The position numbers and the translations under genes are program-made. DNA of 46,365 bases from Spirochaetota bacterium (GTDB lineage Bacteria > Spirochaetota > Spirochaetia > SPDA01 > JAJSAL01). Position 1 is the stretch's first letter. Each line of letters starts with the position of its first letter. Below the pieces are notes generated by a model. The model was not told the origin of the DNA, did no database searches, and saw nothing but the letters and a program-made list of their open reading frames with translations. Location of the stretch: positions 1 through 46,365 of the forward strand of contig JAJSAL010000044.1 in the NCBI GenBank assembly GCA_024274705.1, read 5' to 3'. Of this stretch, positions 1-9,361 are shown piece by piece.

Positions 1-166
1 CACCCTTGGAAACGGGTGACCGCATCGCGAAGAGCGCAGCCTCAATCTGGTGGGGGTTCAGGTCAACGCAGGCATCGAAGAGAGACCTGGAGAGACGCTC
101 CACACCCTCGCCACCTTGACGAGTCAATTCGTTCGCAAAAAGACTGGCATGGTAAGGTGTGGTCAT
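1..166 (-). CDS. N-terminal ~55 codons of a putative SNF2/DEAD-like helicase-family protein; the gene continues beyond the left edge of the window.
   Basis: Minus-strand ATG at 164-166 is preceded by AAGGAAG. The translation MTTPYHASLFANELTRQGGEGVERLSRSLFDACVDLNPHQIEAALFAMRSPVSKG... contains an L-N-P-H-Q element resembling the N-terminal LxPHQ motif of SNF2-type helicases. The frame is absent from the ORF track because it is cut by the window edge. Confidence 0.3.
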   Translation of the reverse strand, partial: MTTPYHASLFANELTRQGGEGVERLSRSLFDACVDLNPHQIEAALFAMRSPVSKG

Positions 167-332
167 TCCTTGGCATCTTCCTTATTGTTTGTCTTGCTCA
201 TTTGTCGCCTCCTGTCTGCGTGCGGTTCGCCCGCACAGGCAGGCCGGACCTGTCTGCCGACATGGCAGGCAATTTCAGTTTTCCCTGCCTGATCATCTTG
301 GCGCAGAAATTGTCTAACTGGGCCTTTTACAT

Positions 333-1565
333 CTAAAACAGCGCTTCCAGCACGTAGAACATGTTCCGGTCCGTACCGAAGACCATCCAGTCCTGGGCAA
401 TTACCGGCGCACTCAGGATATTCCCTTCGATCTCCAGTTCCCACATGAGCTTTCCGGTTTTTGCGGAGAGACATACCAGTCTTGGCCCGGAGTAACTGTC
501 AGGATCGCGACTTTCGCTGATACCGAAGTAGACATAGTTACCTGCAACGGTAGGTGCGCTGGTGGTATACCCGTTGAAACGCTTTCTCCAGGCTATCAGA
601 CCGGTGTCCAGATCCAGGGCCCGAACAACGGCATCACCGCTGGTGTATATGACAAGGTCTTTCCACAGCGAAGGGGCCAGGTAGTCCAGGAGTTTCATGT
701 TATTATTGAACAATGCGTCCAGGTCATAATACCCTGCAGCCCCGAAATCGGAATACTCGGTGCTTTTCCAGAGCAGTCTGCCTGTAAGACGGTTGTAGCC
801 GTAATAATCGAAGCGCCACTCATCAATAAGATAATCCGCAGTAGAAAAATAGAGGTAATCGTCTTTCAACGCCGGAAAAGAATACCAGACCGCATCAAGC
901 ATGGCAGTGTCGATTACAAAGAGATACTCCCGGGCTTTCAGATCGTATGCACCCATGCTGTGGGGCTGCTCCACCGGACCGGGTGCAAAATAGAGAACAT
1001 TCTTGTACACCTGGAACGTAAAGTAATACCACACCGGGTTCGGCAGCTTGTACTGCTCCTGCCCGTCGGGTGAGAGGGCGAACACATGGCCGCCGTCGCT
1101 TACAAAAATGATAGAGTCGTCGGTTTTGCTTATGGTGGACTGAATCGTGCTGTCAGCCTGGTAGGACCAAATCAGGCTCCCATCCTCCCTGGATAGAGCG
1201 TAGAGATTGCCGTCATTGGATCCGATATACACGTTCTCTTCGTCGGCAAAGGGTACGGAGTTTATAGCGCCCCTGGTTTTGTATACCCACCGCATATACC
1301 CGCTTTTTATGTCCAGGGCGTACATGTTTCCATCGGTAGATCCGAAAAAGATCGTATCCTTTAATACCACCGGGTTGTTAAAAGCGTAGGCAGGTTCTTC
1401 CGATTCCTGTATTTTCAGTTTCCATTTAATTCCCAACGGCGGCCTTATAACATTCGAAGTTCCCCCCCGGCCCTGTTCACCCCGGAACATGACCCAGTCG
1501 GACCGCCTGCTGCACCCCGACAGGAGAACAGCCCAGCCGGCTATGAGAACGACGGAGGACAACAT
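333..1565 (-). CDS. PQQ-like beta-propeller repeat lipoprotein (BamB-like fold). The start is taken at the internal Met that begins a lipoprotein signal peptide.
   Basis: The signal and lipobox read MLSSVVLIAGWAVLLSGC. There are multiple PQQ-type repeats (NMYALD, GNLYALS, GHVFALS). The upstream part of the 333..1817 track ORF overlaps the preceding gene and lacks protein-like sequence, so the start is placed at 1563-1565. Confidence 0.7.
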   Translation of the reverse strand: MLSSVVLIAGWAVLLSGCSRRSDWVMFRGEQGRGGTSNVIRPPLGIKWKLKIQESEEPAYAFNNPVVLKDTIFFGSTDGNMYALDIKSGYMRWVYKTRGAINSVPFADEENVYIGSNDGNLYALSREDGSLIWSYQADSTIQSTISKTDDSIIFVSDGGHVFALSPDGQEQYKLPNPVWYYFTFQVYKNVLYFAPGPVEQPHSMGAYDLKAREYLFVIDTAMLDAVWYSFPALKDDYLYFSTADYLIDEWRFDYYGYNRLTGRLLWKSTEYSDFGAAGYYDLDALFNNNMKLLDYLAPSLWKDLVIYTSGDAVVRALDLDTGLIAWRKRFNGYTTSAPTVAGNYVYFGISESRDPDSYSGPRLVCLSAKTGKLMWELEIEGNILSAPVIAQDWMVFGTDRNMFYVLEALF

Positions 1566-1585
1566 CCGGATTTTCCCTGCGTGCT

Positions 1586-2713
1586 TCAATAGTACAGTCC
1601 CTTCAGGCTGAACACACGGACAATAAAGGAACGATCCTTTCCCTGCTCCAGAATCGTTCGATATTCTTCTTTCAATCGATGATACAAACGCTCCTTCTCT
1701 TCCCCGGCTGCCCGGTCCCTGTAACGGAGCTGTGTGTACACTACGGCGAAACCGGTAAGGGCAGGGTGTTCTTCTGCATACTCTTTTGGCGTCTTTGAGG
1801 GTTCTTTCAGAGGCCATCCCGCACTCGCGGTCTTCATGAGGAGGAGGGTGTAAAGGGCCCGCACAGCCCTGGGAGTGTATGATTTCGTTATCATCGTCAG
1901 ATAGACTTCTCTTCCGTAGCGAAGGAGGTAGAGAAAGACCACTACGCCGCCTATCACCATGAGCACTACTTTCAGTATGAACCGCCAGGGAAATGTAAAG
2001 CTGTTCAGCTCCCGGGTGTTGTCCCGTATCAGCGGGATAACCACGTCCCTGGAGTTGGGATCGAACCCCGGAGGAGGCGGAATGGCATACCCCGTTGATT
2101 CGATATCCACCCAGCCTAAGCCGGGAATGTAGTATTGCGCCCAGGAATGACGGTGAGCCGTTGTTACCAGGTAGATCTGCTCTTCAGGATACCCGGCAAG
2201 TTCTTCGATCATGGATCGCAGCTTACGCACCCCCTGCCTGTGGGCAGGAGTCTGGAGGTCCTTGCTGGCGAGATACCCGGTAACGACACGGGTGGGAATC
2301 CCGGCCAGCCTCCCCAGGATGGCGGTAGTGTTGGAAAACTCGGAACAGTCCCCGGAACGGGTAACATCAAGAAACCGCCTTAACTTGAGAACGGAAACAT
2401 CATCATTAAACCCCAGTTCGTACTGGTAGGTGGTAAAAGAGTTTAATATCCCTTCTATTTTCTCTCCGATTCCTTCCCTCCCCTCCAGGGCCTTATCCAG
2501 GTGTTTCTGAAAAACGAGCCGGGTCTCTTCGTCCAGGGGAACGGATAAGTATCGTTCCAACCCCTCAAAATCGCCGGGCGAGGGATCCTTTATGCGCTTC
2601 CAGTCCCGGAGGGTGGAGACACTCAAAAGAGAGGTTGTGTTGTAAAAATACTCAAAAGGAAAGAATTGCGGTTTCAACACCGTCGGCTCGATCGCGTAGG
2701 GCAGGTATGCCAC
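1586..2713 (-). CDS. Transglutaminase-like cysteine-protease domain segment with a C-terminal TM helix. It is in frame with the upstream membrane ORF and separated from it only by a TAA, i.e. it is the distal half of a TgpA-like protein.
   Basis: TGase core motif GDCSEFSNTTAILGRLAGIPTRVVTGY. The first codon of the track ORF is GTG at 2711-2713, only two codons after the TAA at 2720-2722 that ends the upstream ORF in the same frame. A TM helix VVLMVIGGVVVFLYLL lies near the C-terminus. Confidence 0.7.
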   Translation of the reverse strand: MAYLPYAIEPTVLKPQFFPFEYFYNTTSLLSVSTLRDWKRIKDPSPGDFEGLERYLSVPLDEETRLVFQKHLDKALEGREGIGEKIEGILNSFTTYQYELGFNDDVSVLKLRRFLDVTRSGDCSEFSNTTAILGRLAGIPTRVVTGYLASKDLQTPAHRQGVRKLRSMIEELAGYPEEQIYLVTTAHRHSWAQYYIPGLGWVDIESTGYAIPPPPGFDPNSRDVVIPLIRDNTRELNSFTFPWRFILKVVLMVIGGVVVFLYLLRYGREVYLTMITKSYTPRAVRALYTLLLMKTASAGWPLKEPSKTPKEYAEEHPALTGFAVVYTQLRYRDRAAGEEKERLYHRLKEEYRTILEQGKDRSFIVRVFSLKGLYY

Positions 2714-2719
2714 AACCCG

Positions 2720-3775
2720 TTACCGGAGGGTGGAGATATAGGCGACATTCGTGGGAAGGCGCATCGTATCTCCTTCGGGTACGTCAAAATTCGTCCATGT
2801 CTCGATAAACCGCTGGGTGGTCAAGGTATTCAACGCCCCATCCCCGACAGGGAGAAAACCCCGCACAGGATCGAGTTCCGGGAAGTAGGCATCCGCAGCG
2901 TATACCGGGTCCTTAGGTGAGATCACCAGCATTACCGCGTACTGCTTCTCCTCGCCTCCCTGACCGGAAGAAAAACTGCCCCACTGGTCCGAGGGAATGC
3001 CCTGGAGCACACCTTCCCTGCCGTTTTCCGCATCTTCACCCTGCCCTGCAGATCCCCTGCGGGGATCTGTTATGCCGTTCCTCCTCTCTTCCCATCCTTT
3101 GGCTGTATCCGTGTCATAGATGGTTTCCGGCTCCTTGTCCGGATAGAGATTGTTCAATACCACCGAATGATCAACAAAATCCCCGGGGAGCACAATGGTA
3201 AAGAGAAACACCAGCGGGACTGCCACCGCACCCAGGACAAGGACTTCAATTCTTCTCCGCTTCTTCTCCCGGCCCCTGAAGGCCGAGAAATAGAGGACAA
3301 GACCATGGACTAAGTACGTGACGATGATAAGGGCGAACACCAGTTGGGTAGCCCCTGCACTCTCCGCAGATATCGACTCGGAAGACCTGGAAAAACTTAA
3401 GAGCCGGTAGTACACGAACCCGAGGAAAACCGGTTCGACAAAAGAGATCAGACCTCCCAGTTCCCCCCCCTGAAAAACCAGAAGGGTGAGGACAAAGGCA
3501 ACACTCCCGGCCAGGAGAAATGTCAGAGATCCGGGGGAAATTCCGGCAACACCCAGGGTAGTAATAACCAGGAATACAAGGGCTGTGTACAGCTGAACCT
3601 TCCGGTTGAACCTGGGAGGACGGAGAAAATAGGCGATACCCATCTCTCCCGGAACGAGGAAGAACCAGAGCCACCAACCGGATACATCATAGGGAACAAC
3701 AATGGCCGGATGGATTATGGGAATAAGGACTGCCAGATAATAGAGGGCAAGCCTGGTAAAAAAGAGTAGAATCAT
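2720..3775 (-). CDS. Polytopic membrane segment (DUF3488-like) that forms the N-terminal half of a TgpA-like transglutaminase membrane protein. It ends at an in-frame TAA.
   Basis: Six or more hydrophobic helices. The start is taken at the internal Met (MILLFFTRLALYY...) at 3773-3775, directly after the DUF58 stop at 3777. The stop TAA at 2720-2722 is followed in frame by CGG GTT GTG and then the TGase domain. Confidence 0.65.
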   Translation of the reverse strand: MILLFFTRLALYYLAVLIPIIHPAIVVPYDVSGWWLWFFLVPGEMGIAYFLRPPRFNRKVQLYTALVFLVITTLGVAGISPGSLTFLLAGSVAFVLTLLVFQGGELGGLISFVEPVFLGFVYYRLLSFSRSSESISAESAGATQLVFALIIVTYLVHGLVLYFSAFRGREKKRRRIEVLVLGAVAVPLVFLFTIVLPGDFVDHSVVLNNLYPDKEPETIYDTDTAKGWEERRNGITDPRRGSAGQGEDAENGREGVLQGIPSDQWGSFSSGQGGEEKQYAVMLVISPKDPVYAADAYFPELDPVRGFLPVGDGALNTLTTQRFIETWTNFDVPEGDTMRLPTNVAYISTLR

Positions 3776-3776
3776 A

Positions 3777-5063
3777 TCACACCACCTTGATACCCAGCCG
3801 TTCCTCCCTGCCCCCGGGAGGAACCGGTACTGTTCCGTTCCTGAGCCTTCGTTCTTTCCGTAAGGCCCAGGACCCGGGTAAAAACATCCCCTTCTTTCCA
3901 AATACCGGGAGTGTTCGCGTTTCAGCTCCGCCCCTGCCGGGGAACCCTGTACGGAACATGTGTATTTTCATGCCTCCGTATTTCTGAAGAACCCTCCCCA
4001 GGGTCACATCAAAAGGTGTGGAAAAAATGTACACTTCATCGGTTTCGCCGTATTCATGAGAACACCCGGGATCCGGGTGAAAAAACATGGTCCCTATCTT
4101 AAACCCCAGCTTAAGAATATCCTCTTCCTTCTCCAAGAGGGCCCTGCCGTTTCCTGTTACGATGTCGAAGAGAAAATCCGGGTTGTCCCTCTTGGTGCTC
4201 CAGAGAAAGGACATGAGCCACCGCTTCAGAAAATCCATGTGAAACACCCGCTCCCGGTTCTCTTTTACCCCTGAGCTTCCAGGTGCATCCGGGGCGAAAT
4301 GGCGGAAATCGATGTAGAGAATCTTTGTCCTTTCCTGGCTTACCGGAGAAATGCGGGTAAATACTTCTATACTCCGGCTGGAGGCCTTCCAGTTAATGTC
4401 CCGCATCCTGTCACCGGGAATGTATTCCCGCATATAGTACTTCTCTTCATCGGCATTCTTCTGCCTGGTCTTCGTTTCCATCCCGCCTTCCGCCTGTACT
4501 TCCGCAAGTTTATCCGGCAGAAGGGCCGGGAGGGCGACGGTCTTGCTCTTAAGCCTGCTGAGGAAACGGGACCGTGTGAGTCCGAAGATGTCGCCGATCC
4601 GAAACCGGACCATCAAGGTCCCGTACCCCGACAGGGGAAACCGGAGGGGCAGGAAAAGCGTTCCTTCCCCGGTGAAAGATCCCTCCCGGTACAGTCGAAG
4701 GAAGGAAGCAGCACCCACCTTTTCCCTGATAGAGAGGTGAACATGAATCCGGTAGAAGAGAAAACTTTTTGCATTACCGGTATCCACTTGAATCCCCCGG
4801 TCTGACCTCTCTGCGTAAGTATAGGGCGGTACTACCAGGGAAACTTCTCTCCGGCTGAAACGGACCGCCTGGATCCTGCCTATCACCGCCAGGACCAGGA
4901 GAACCGCCAGGGCGGTAAACGAAAGGAACAGGGCGGTGAAATTCTTTTCCGCATACCCTCTTCCCAGGAGATAGAGGGAGATCCCCAGGAGCAAGGAACC
5001 CCCAAGGGTGAATGGATAATAATAGAATACAGGTGATTCCCTAGGTGAACGGTCTTCCCTCAT
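3777..5063 (-). CDS. DUF58 family protein (vWA-like partner of MoxR) with N-terminal TM helices.
   Basis: Signature YMREYIPGDRMRDINWKASSRS, matching the DUF58 REYxxGDDxRxIDWKAxAR motif. It sits between the MoxR ATPase and the TgpA-like gene, which is the canonical arrangement. ATG confirmed at 5061-5063. Confidence 0.75.
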   Translation of the reverse strand: MREDRSPRESPVFYYYPFTLGGSLLLGISLYLLGRGYAEKNFTALFLSFTALAVLLVLAVIGRIQAVRFSRREVSLVVPPYTYAERSDRGIQVDTGNAKSFLFYRIHVHLSIREKVGAASFLRLYREGSFTGEGTLFLPLRFPLSGYGTLMVRFRIGDIFGLTRSRFLSRLKSKTVALPALLPDKLAEVQAEGGMETKTRQKNADEEKYYMREYIPGDRMRDINWKASSRSIEVFTRISPVSQERTKILYIDFRHFAPDAPGSSGVKENRERVFHMDFLKRWLMSFLWSTKRDNPDFLFDIVTGNGRALLEKEEDILKLGFKIGTMFFHPDPGCSHEYGETDEVYIFSTPFDVTLGRVLQKYGGMKIHMFRTGFPGRGGAETRTLPVFGKKGMFLPGSWALRKERRLRNGTVPVPPGGREERLGIKVV

Positions 5064-5072
5064 ACCAGGCTG

Positions 5073-6080
5073 TTATCGTTTTCCCTCCACCGGAACAGAT
5101 TCCAGCACCTCCGATAAAAACTCCGCTGCGGAACGGGTCGAATCCTGCATGACCAGGCGGTGGGCAACCGCCGGAATAAAAATCTCTTTTACCATATCAA
5201 GAGGAACATAATCCAGACCACGCACAAGAGCCAGGGCCCGGGCCAGGCGGGAAACCTTTATTCCGGCCCTGGGGCTGGCACCCATGTTCACTTCCGGGTT
5301 GTCCCTGGTCCTCCGCATACAGCTGACGATGTAGCTCACAATATCAGGATGAATTTCAATCCTGTCTACCAGTTTCTGCCAGGAGAGAAGCTCCTTTGGA
5401 GTAATGACAGGTTTAAAGCCGTCCCAGGCATTGTCCATACCGTGTTTCACTATGATTCTCGCCTCAGTTTCGGGTTCCGGGAACCCGATGGATATCTGCA
5501 GCATAAACCGGTCCAGCTGGGGAGCAGGAAGGGGAAAGAGATGAACCCCTTCAAGGTTCATGGTAGCGATGATGAAAAACGGGTCCGGGAGGACATAAGT
5601 CTTCCCTTCAATGGTGACGATCTGCTCCTGCATTGCCTGGAAAAAACTTCCCTGGGTCTTCGGCGTCAGCAGATTGATCTCATCACACAGGATAAAATGG
5701 GCGAATAAGGGCCCCTCGGTGAATATCATTTCATCAGACCTGCTTAAAAAGCGGGTGTACCCCAGAATATCCTGGGGCAGAAGGTCTACGGTACACTGAA
5801 TACGGCTGAAATCCCGTATTTTCACCCCGCCGGACGAGGCATCCATTTCAGACCACTTAATGGATCCTGCAAGCGCCCGGGCCAGTGAAGTCTTCCCTAC
5901 TCCGTGGAAATCGGCGAGGATCACGTGTCCTCCGGCGATTTTCGAAGCAATCAGGTATTCCAGCTTTCTCTGGTCTATGTAGATGATCGATTGTATGTTG
6001 TCGATAAGACTATCGATCCCGTTTTTTATCTTCTCCAGTTCCTTTGAATCCGGTATTGTTTCGAGCATAACATCCTTCAT
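5073..6080 (-). CDS. MoxR-family AAA+ ATPase.
   Basis: Walker A GVGKTSLARALAG. Walker B / sensor region ILCDEINLLTPKTQGSFFQAMQE matches the MoxR LLxDEINRAxPKTQSALLEAM signature. A possible alternative start is Met5, which has an AAGGA Shine-Dalgarno. Confidence 0.85.
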   Translation of the reverse strand: MKDVMLETIPDSKELEKIKNGIDSLIDNIQSIIYIDQRKLEYLIASKIAGGHVILADFHGVGKTSLARALAGSIKWSEMDASSGGVKIRDFSRIQCTVDLLPQDILGYTRFLSRSDEMIFTEGPLFAHFILCDEINLLTPKTQGSFFQAMQEQIVTIEGKTYVLPDPFFIIATMNLEGVHLFPLPAPQLDRFMLQISIGFPEPETEARIIVKHGMDNAWDGFKPVITPKELLSWQKLVDRIEIHPDIVSYIVSCMRRTRDNPEVNMGASPRAGIKVSRLARALALVRGLDYVPLDMVKEIFIPAVAHRLVMQDSTRSAAEFLSEVLESVPVEGKR

Positions 6081-6128
6081 TATAGCACTATCTTACTTAA
6101 TTTACGGTTAAAAGGAAAGTTAAAGAAT

Positions 6129-7250
6129 TCATGAAGACGGTTCAATGCTTACAGGTACCAAGCCGAAATACTCCCTGTATGCATTTACCATAGCAAGGTA
6201 ATTCTCAAGAGGGACACTGGCAGTGACGGCATTACTGGCGGTAAAGATGTGACCTCCCCGGCCTTTCCCGGCTTCGATATTATCCTGTGTCAGCCGTACA
6301 ATTTCTTCCGGAGTTGAAAATGTCAGGATCGAACCGCAGTCCATACTCCCGATGAACGTGATGGTTTCTCCATACCGTTGTTTGAGCTCCTTCAGATCCA
6401 TACCGGCATTCATATCTATTTCCAGGTACCCATCCACTCCGCACCGGGTCAAAAAATCATCGATCACCGGCCATATATTCCCATCTGTGGCATTGACGGA
6501 GAACTTTCCCGCTTTGCGTATCACATCAGCGCATTTTCTCACTTCCGGAACGATAAATCTACGGTAGCATTCCGCAGAAATAAGGAGCCTGTTTCCGGCG
6601 AAATCCCCTCCGATCCCGATAAGCTCAATATTGAGCTCCACATAATCTTTGATAACGGTGAAGGCCCTTTCTGTAGCCAGAGAGAAGTGTTCCTCAGCCA
6701 CGTCCGGATCCAGCAGCATTACCTGCATCAGGTCCGCATCGGTCCAGATCCCGTGAAAATAGGCGGGAGCGAGTATCGGCATATCGATCCCCCTCCGTTC
6801 CATCTCCCTTCTCATAGTAATATAGACAAGGTACGATGACTCCGGAAATTTCCCGGTAAGCATCTCGCCAATCCGCCCATTTCTTTCCTTAAGACGCTCC
6901 ACGGGGTCACCGTTGCCGGTCACATTGAACCGGGACCCGATGTCCTTGAGCGGATCGTAATAGTACTGCTCCCGGGGAACCGGATTCGGGCTTACAAAAA
7001 GCATATCATGCCCGAGAATCTGCGCCAGGTCCAGCCTGGCGGCAGCGTATGTACTGACTGCATTCTCGAAGCCGGTCTCCTCCGCTTCCTCCAGCCACAC
7101 CGATGAATCCTCCAAATACTCGACATGGTTTCTCTTAAGAATCTTTTCTGCAAGCGCCGGGTGCAGGATGTACTCGAAGAGAGGAGTCCTGTCAGGCTCC
7201 TGGTGATTCAAAGCGGCGGTTATACGTTCCCGGGAAGACATAACGTGCAT
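6129..7250 (-). CDS. Uroporphyrinogen-decarboxylase (URO-D) fold family protein of unknown substrate. It lacks the His-x-Cys zinc motif found in its two paralogues.
   Basis: The N-terminus ERITAALNHQEPDRTPLFEY is typical of the URO-D / MtaA family. Length is 373 aa. At the position where the paralogues carry HICG it has NATDG. Confidence 0.6.
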   Translation of the reverse strand: MHVMSSRERITAALNHQEPDRTPLFEYILHPALAEKILKRNHVEYLEDSSVWLEEAEETGFENAVSTYAAARLDLAQILGHDMLFVSPNPVPREQYYYDPLKDIGSRFNVTGNGDPVERLKERNGRIGEMLTGKFPESSYLVYITMRREMERRGIDMPILAPAYFHGIWTDADLMQVMLLDPDVAEEHFSLATERAFTVIKDYVELNIELIGIGGDFAGNRLLISAECYRRFIVPEVRKCADVIRKAGKFSVNATDGNIWPVIDDFLTRCGVDGYLEIDMNAGMDLKELKQRYGETITFIGSMDCGSILTFSTPEEIVRLTQDNIEAGKGRGGHIFTASNAVTASVPLENYLAMVNAYREYFGLVPVSIEPSS

Positions 7251-7266
7251 GTCCGGATCCTCCAGC

Positions 7267-8478
7267 CTATTCGTGATAGAAATAATTGATAAGTATGTAA
7301 CTCCCGATACCCCGGAACCGGGTATCCTCCTGCCGTTCGGAAAATAACACTTTTAATGATTTGGCAACAGGCCGTAAGGTAAGATTCATGATCTCCCGTT
7401 CTATCGATTCGAAAAGGACCCTGTTCCCGTCGATCAATTCTCCCCGGAGAATGATCATCTCCGGGTTGAAGATATTGGCAACATCGGCCAGTTTACTGCC
7501 GAGGTTCGTTCCGATCCGGGTGAACAGATTGCGGGCGAAATTGTCACCGTTATTGGCAGCCGTTATGATATGATCCATCTTCAGCTTTTCCAGGTCATGA
7601 TCGCAGTGCTTCAGGATTTCACTGTGGACCCCTTTACCCAGCCCTTCCCTGGCAAGATTTATTACATACTGTTTTGAACTCACCGTCTCCAGGCAGCCGG
7701 TATGTCCGCAGTAGCAGAGTCCCCCGGCGCCAGCAATATGAGTGTGTCCCAGTTCGCCGGCATAGAAACTGCTTCCCATATAGATTTCTCCGTTGACAAC
7801 GATTCCCATACCGATCCCTTCGGAGAGCATCACGCAGAGAAAGTGGTCCACCCCGACTCCCATGCCGTAGTACTTTTCCATGAGAGCCATGGCATTGGCG
7901 TCATTCACCAGGAAGCAGGGTCGTTTATATTTCTCCTCGATAATCTGCCGGAGCGGAACATCGTACCATCCGCCGGCAAAGAGGTACTCGTGGGAAATTC
8001 CCTTATCCGGGTCGATAAAACCTCCGATGCCGATACCGATACCGAACACATTCCTCTTCATCTCCCGTGCCCGCTTCATAAGGGTATCTATACATTCATC
8101 GAGCAGCCTGAGAAGCTCCTCCTTCTGAATGCCCTGGTATGTAGCCACGGAATACTTCTCAACTTCCTCTCCCAGGATATCGATGAGGAGCGCATCCATC
8201 GAGGAAAGGCTTAAGTCAACGGCAATATTGACACCAGCCTCGGGATTCAACTCAAGGTAGACGGACTTTCTGCCTCCCGTGGAAATTCCCTGCCCGGTCT
8301 CCCGGATAAACCCCAGATCGATGAGAGCCTTTACATATTTTACGATGGACGAAAGGCTTAACTCGAGTTCCCTACACAGCCTGGACCGGGTTATCCGCTT
8401 GTGATTCAGTATTGCTTTCAGGATGGAACGCATCCTGGTTTTTTTAATACTGGAAAAACGAGAGCTGGATGAAAACAT
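7267..8478 (-). CDS. ROK-family transcriptional regulator (NagC/XylR-like).
   Basis: N-terminal wHTH followed by a ROK sugar-kinase-like domain with the zinc motif GHTHIAGAGGLCYCGHTGCLE. An alternative start is Met16 at 8431-8433. Confidence 0.8.
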   Translation of the reverse strand: MFSSSSRFSSIKKTRMRSILKAILNHKRITRSRLCRELELSLSSIVKYVKALIDLGFIRETGQGISTGGRKSVYLELNPEAGVNIAVDLSLSSMDALLIDILGEEVEKYSVATYQGIQKEELLRLLDECIDTLMKRAREMKRNVFGIGIGIGGFIDPDKGISHEYLFAGGWYDVPLRQIIEEKYKRPCFLVNDANAMALMEKYYGMGVGVDHFLCVMLSEGIGMGIVVNGEIYMGSSFYAGELGHTHIAGAGGLCYCGHTGCLETVSSKQYVINLAREGLGKGVHSEILKHCDHDLEKLKMDHIITAANNGDNFARNLFTRIGTNLGSKLADVANIFNPEMIILRGELIDGNRVLFESIEREIMNLTLRPVAKSLKVLFSERQEDTRFRGIGSYILINYFYHE

Positions 8479-8491
8479 GCTTAAGCAACCG

Positions 8492-9361
8492 TTATCCTTT
8501 TAAAGCTCCGGCGGAAATTCCGCTGATAAAATCTCTCTGCATCAGCCACATGACCAGCAGCACCGGGAAAACCACGACGCACCCCATTGCGGCCATGGGA
8601 CCCCAGATAAGTCCTTTATCCGTTATAAATCCGGCAATGATGACTGTCAGCGGCTTTGCCTTGTTTACCGTGAGAATTACAGCATAGAGAAATTCATTCC
8701 AGCTGTAAACAAAGGTAAGCATAGCCGTGGCAACCAGGCCCGCTTTTACCATGGGGGTGGTAACAAAAATAAACCGCTGAAGAAGCGAACAGCCGTCCAG
8801 CATGCTCTGCTCTTCCACCTCGTAAGGAGCTTCCGCATAAAATCCTATCATCAACAGTATGACCAGGGGCAGATTGAAGCTGGCATTCATGATGATGAGG
8901 GCGAATACACTGTCCATGAGCCGGATAGAACGTATTATGTAGAAAACCGGAACAGCTACGACCACGGCGGGATACATTTTCTGTATCAGGAACCAGCCCG
9001 CCAGGATCTGCTTGAACCGCTTCGGCAGGGCCCCGTTGATCAGGGTATATGCAGCCATACTGCCAAAGAGCGTCGTGACAATGGTAGTGCCGGCGGCAAT
9101 GAAAATTGAGTTCATCAGCCCTTTGAGCATCCCGTATTTTACTACTGCATCGGTAAAATTCTGAAATGTAATCCGTGTCGGGAATATTACAGGAGGATCC
9201 GCAAAGTACTCCTGCTCCACCTTAAAAGCGTTGGTGACAAGCCAGTAAAAAGGAAACAGAATCACAATAAAAAGAAGGATCATGACGATCACCCTGACGG
9301 GGAAGCTGAGGAAATTACTCAGATAATTGCCGCTTTTCATCAATCGTGCATCTCTTCCCAT
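8492..9361 (-). CDS. Carbohydrate ABC transporter permease (MalG-like).
   Basis: Six-TM permease with an EAA-like loop (AKPLTVIIAGFITDKG). Its start overlaps the stop of the upstream permease gene by 1 nt. Confidence 0.8.
   Translation of the reverse strand: MGRDARLMKSGNYLSNFLSFPVRVIVMILLFIVILFPFYWLVTNAFKVEQEYFADPPVIFPTRITFQNFTDAVVKYGMLKGLMNSIFIAAGTTIVTTLFGSMAAYTLINGALPKRFKQILAGWFLIQKMYPAVVVAVPVFYIIRSIRLMDSVFALIIMNASFNLPLVILLMIGFYAEAPYEVEEQSMLDGCSLLQRFIFVTTPMVKAGLVATAMLTFVYSWNEFLYAVILTVNKAKPLTVIIAGFITDKGLIWGPMAAMGCVVVFPVLLVMWLMQRDFISGISAGALKG

Noticed and set aside
16-474. Track ORFs 16..336(+), 50..292(+) and 163..474(-) at the left edge, including a lipoprotein-like peptide MVRCGHSLASSLLFVLLICRLLSAC.
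   Set aside because: Their translations are Arg/Pro/Gly-rich and not protein-like. They overlap each other and the better-supported minus-strand gene start at 164-166. The lipoprotein-like peptide would be only 47 aa, with no Shine-Dalgarno.
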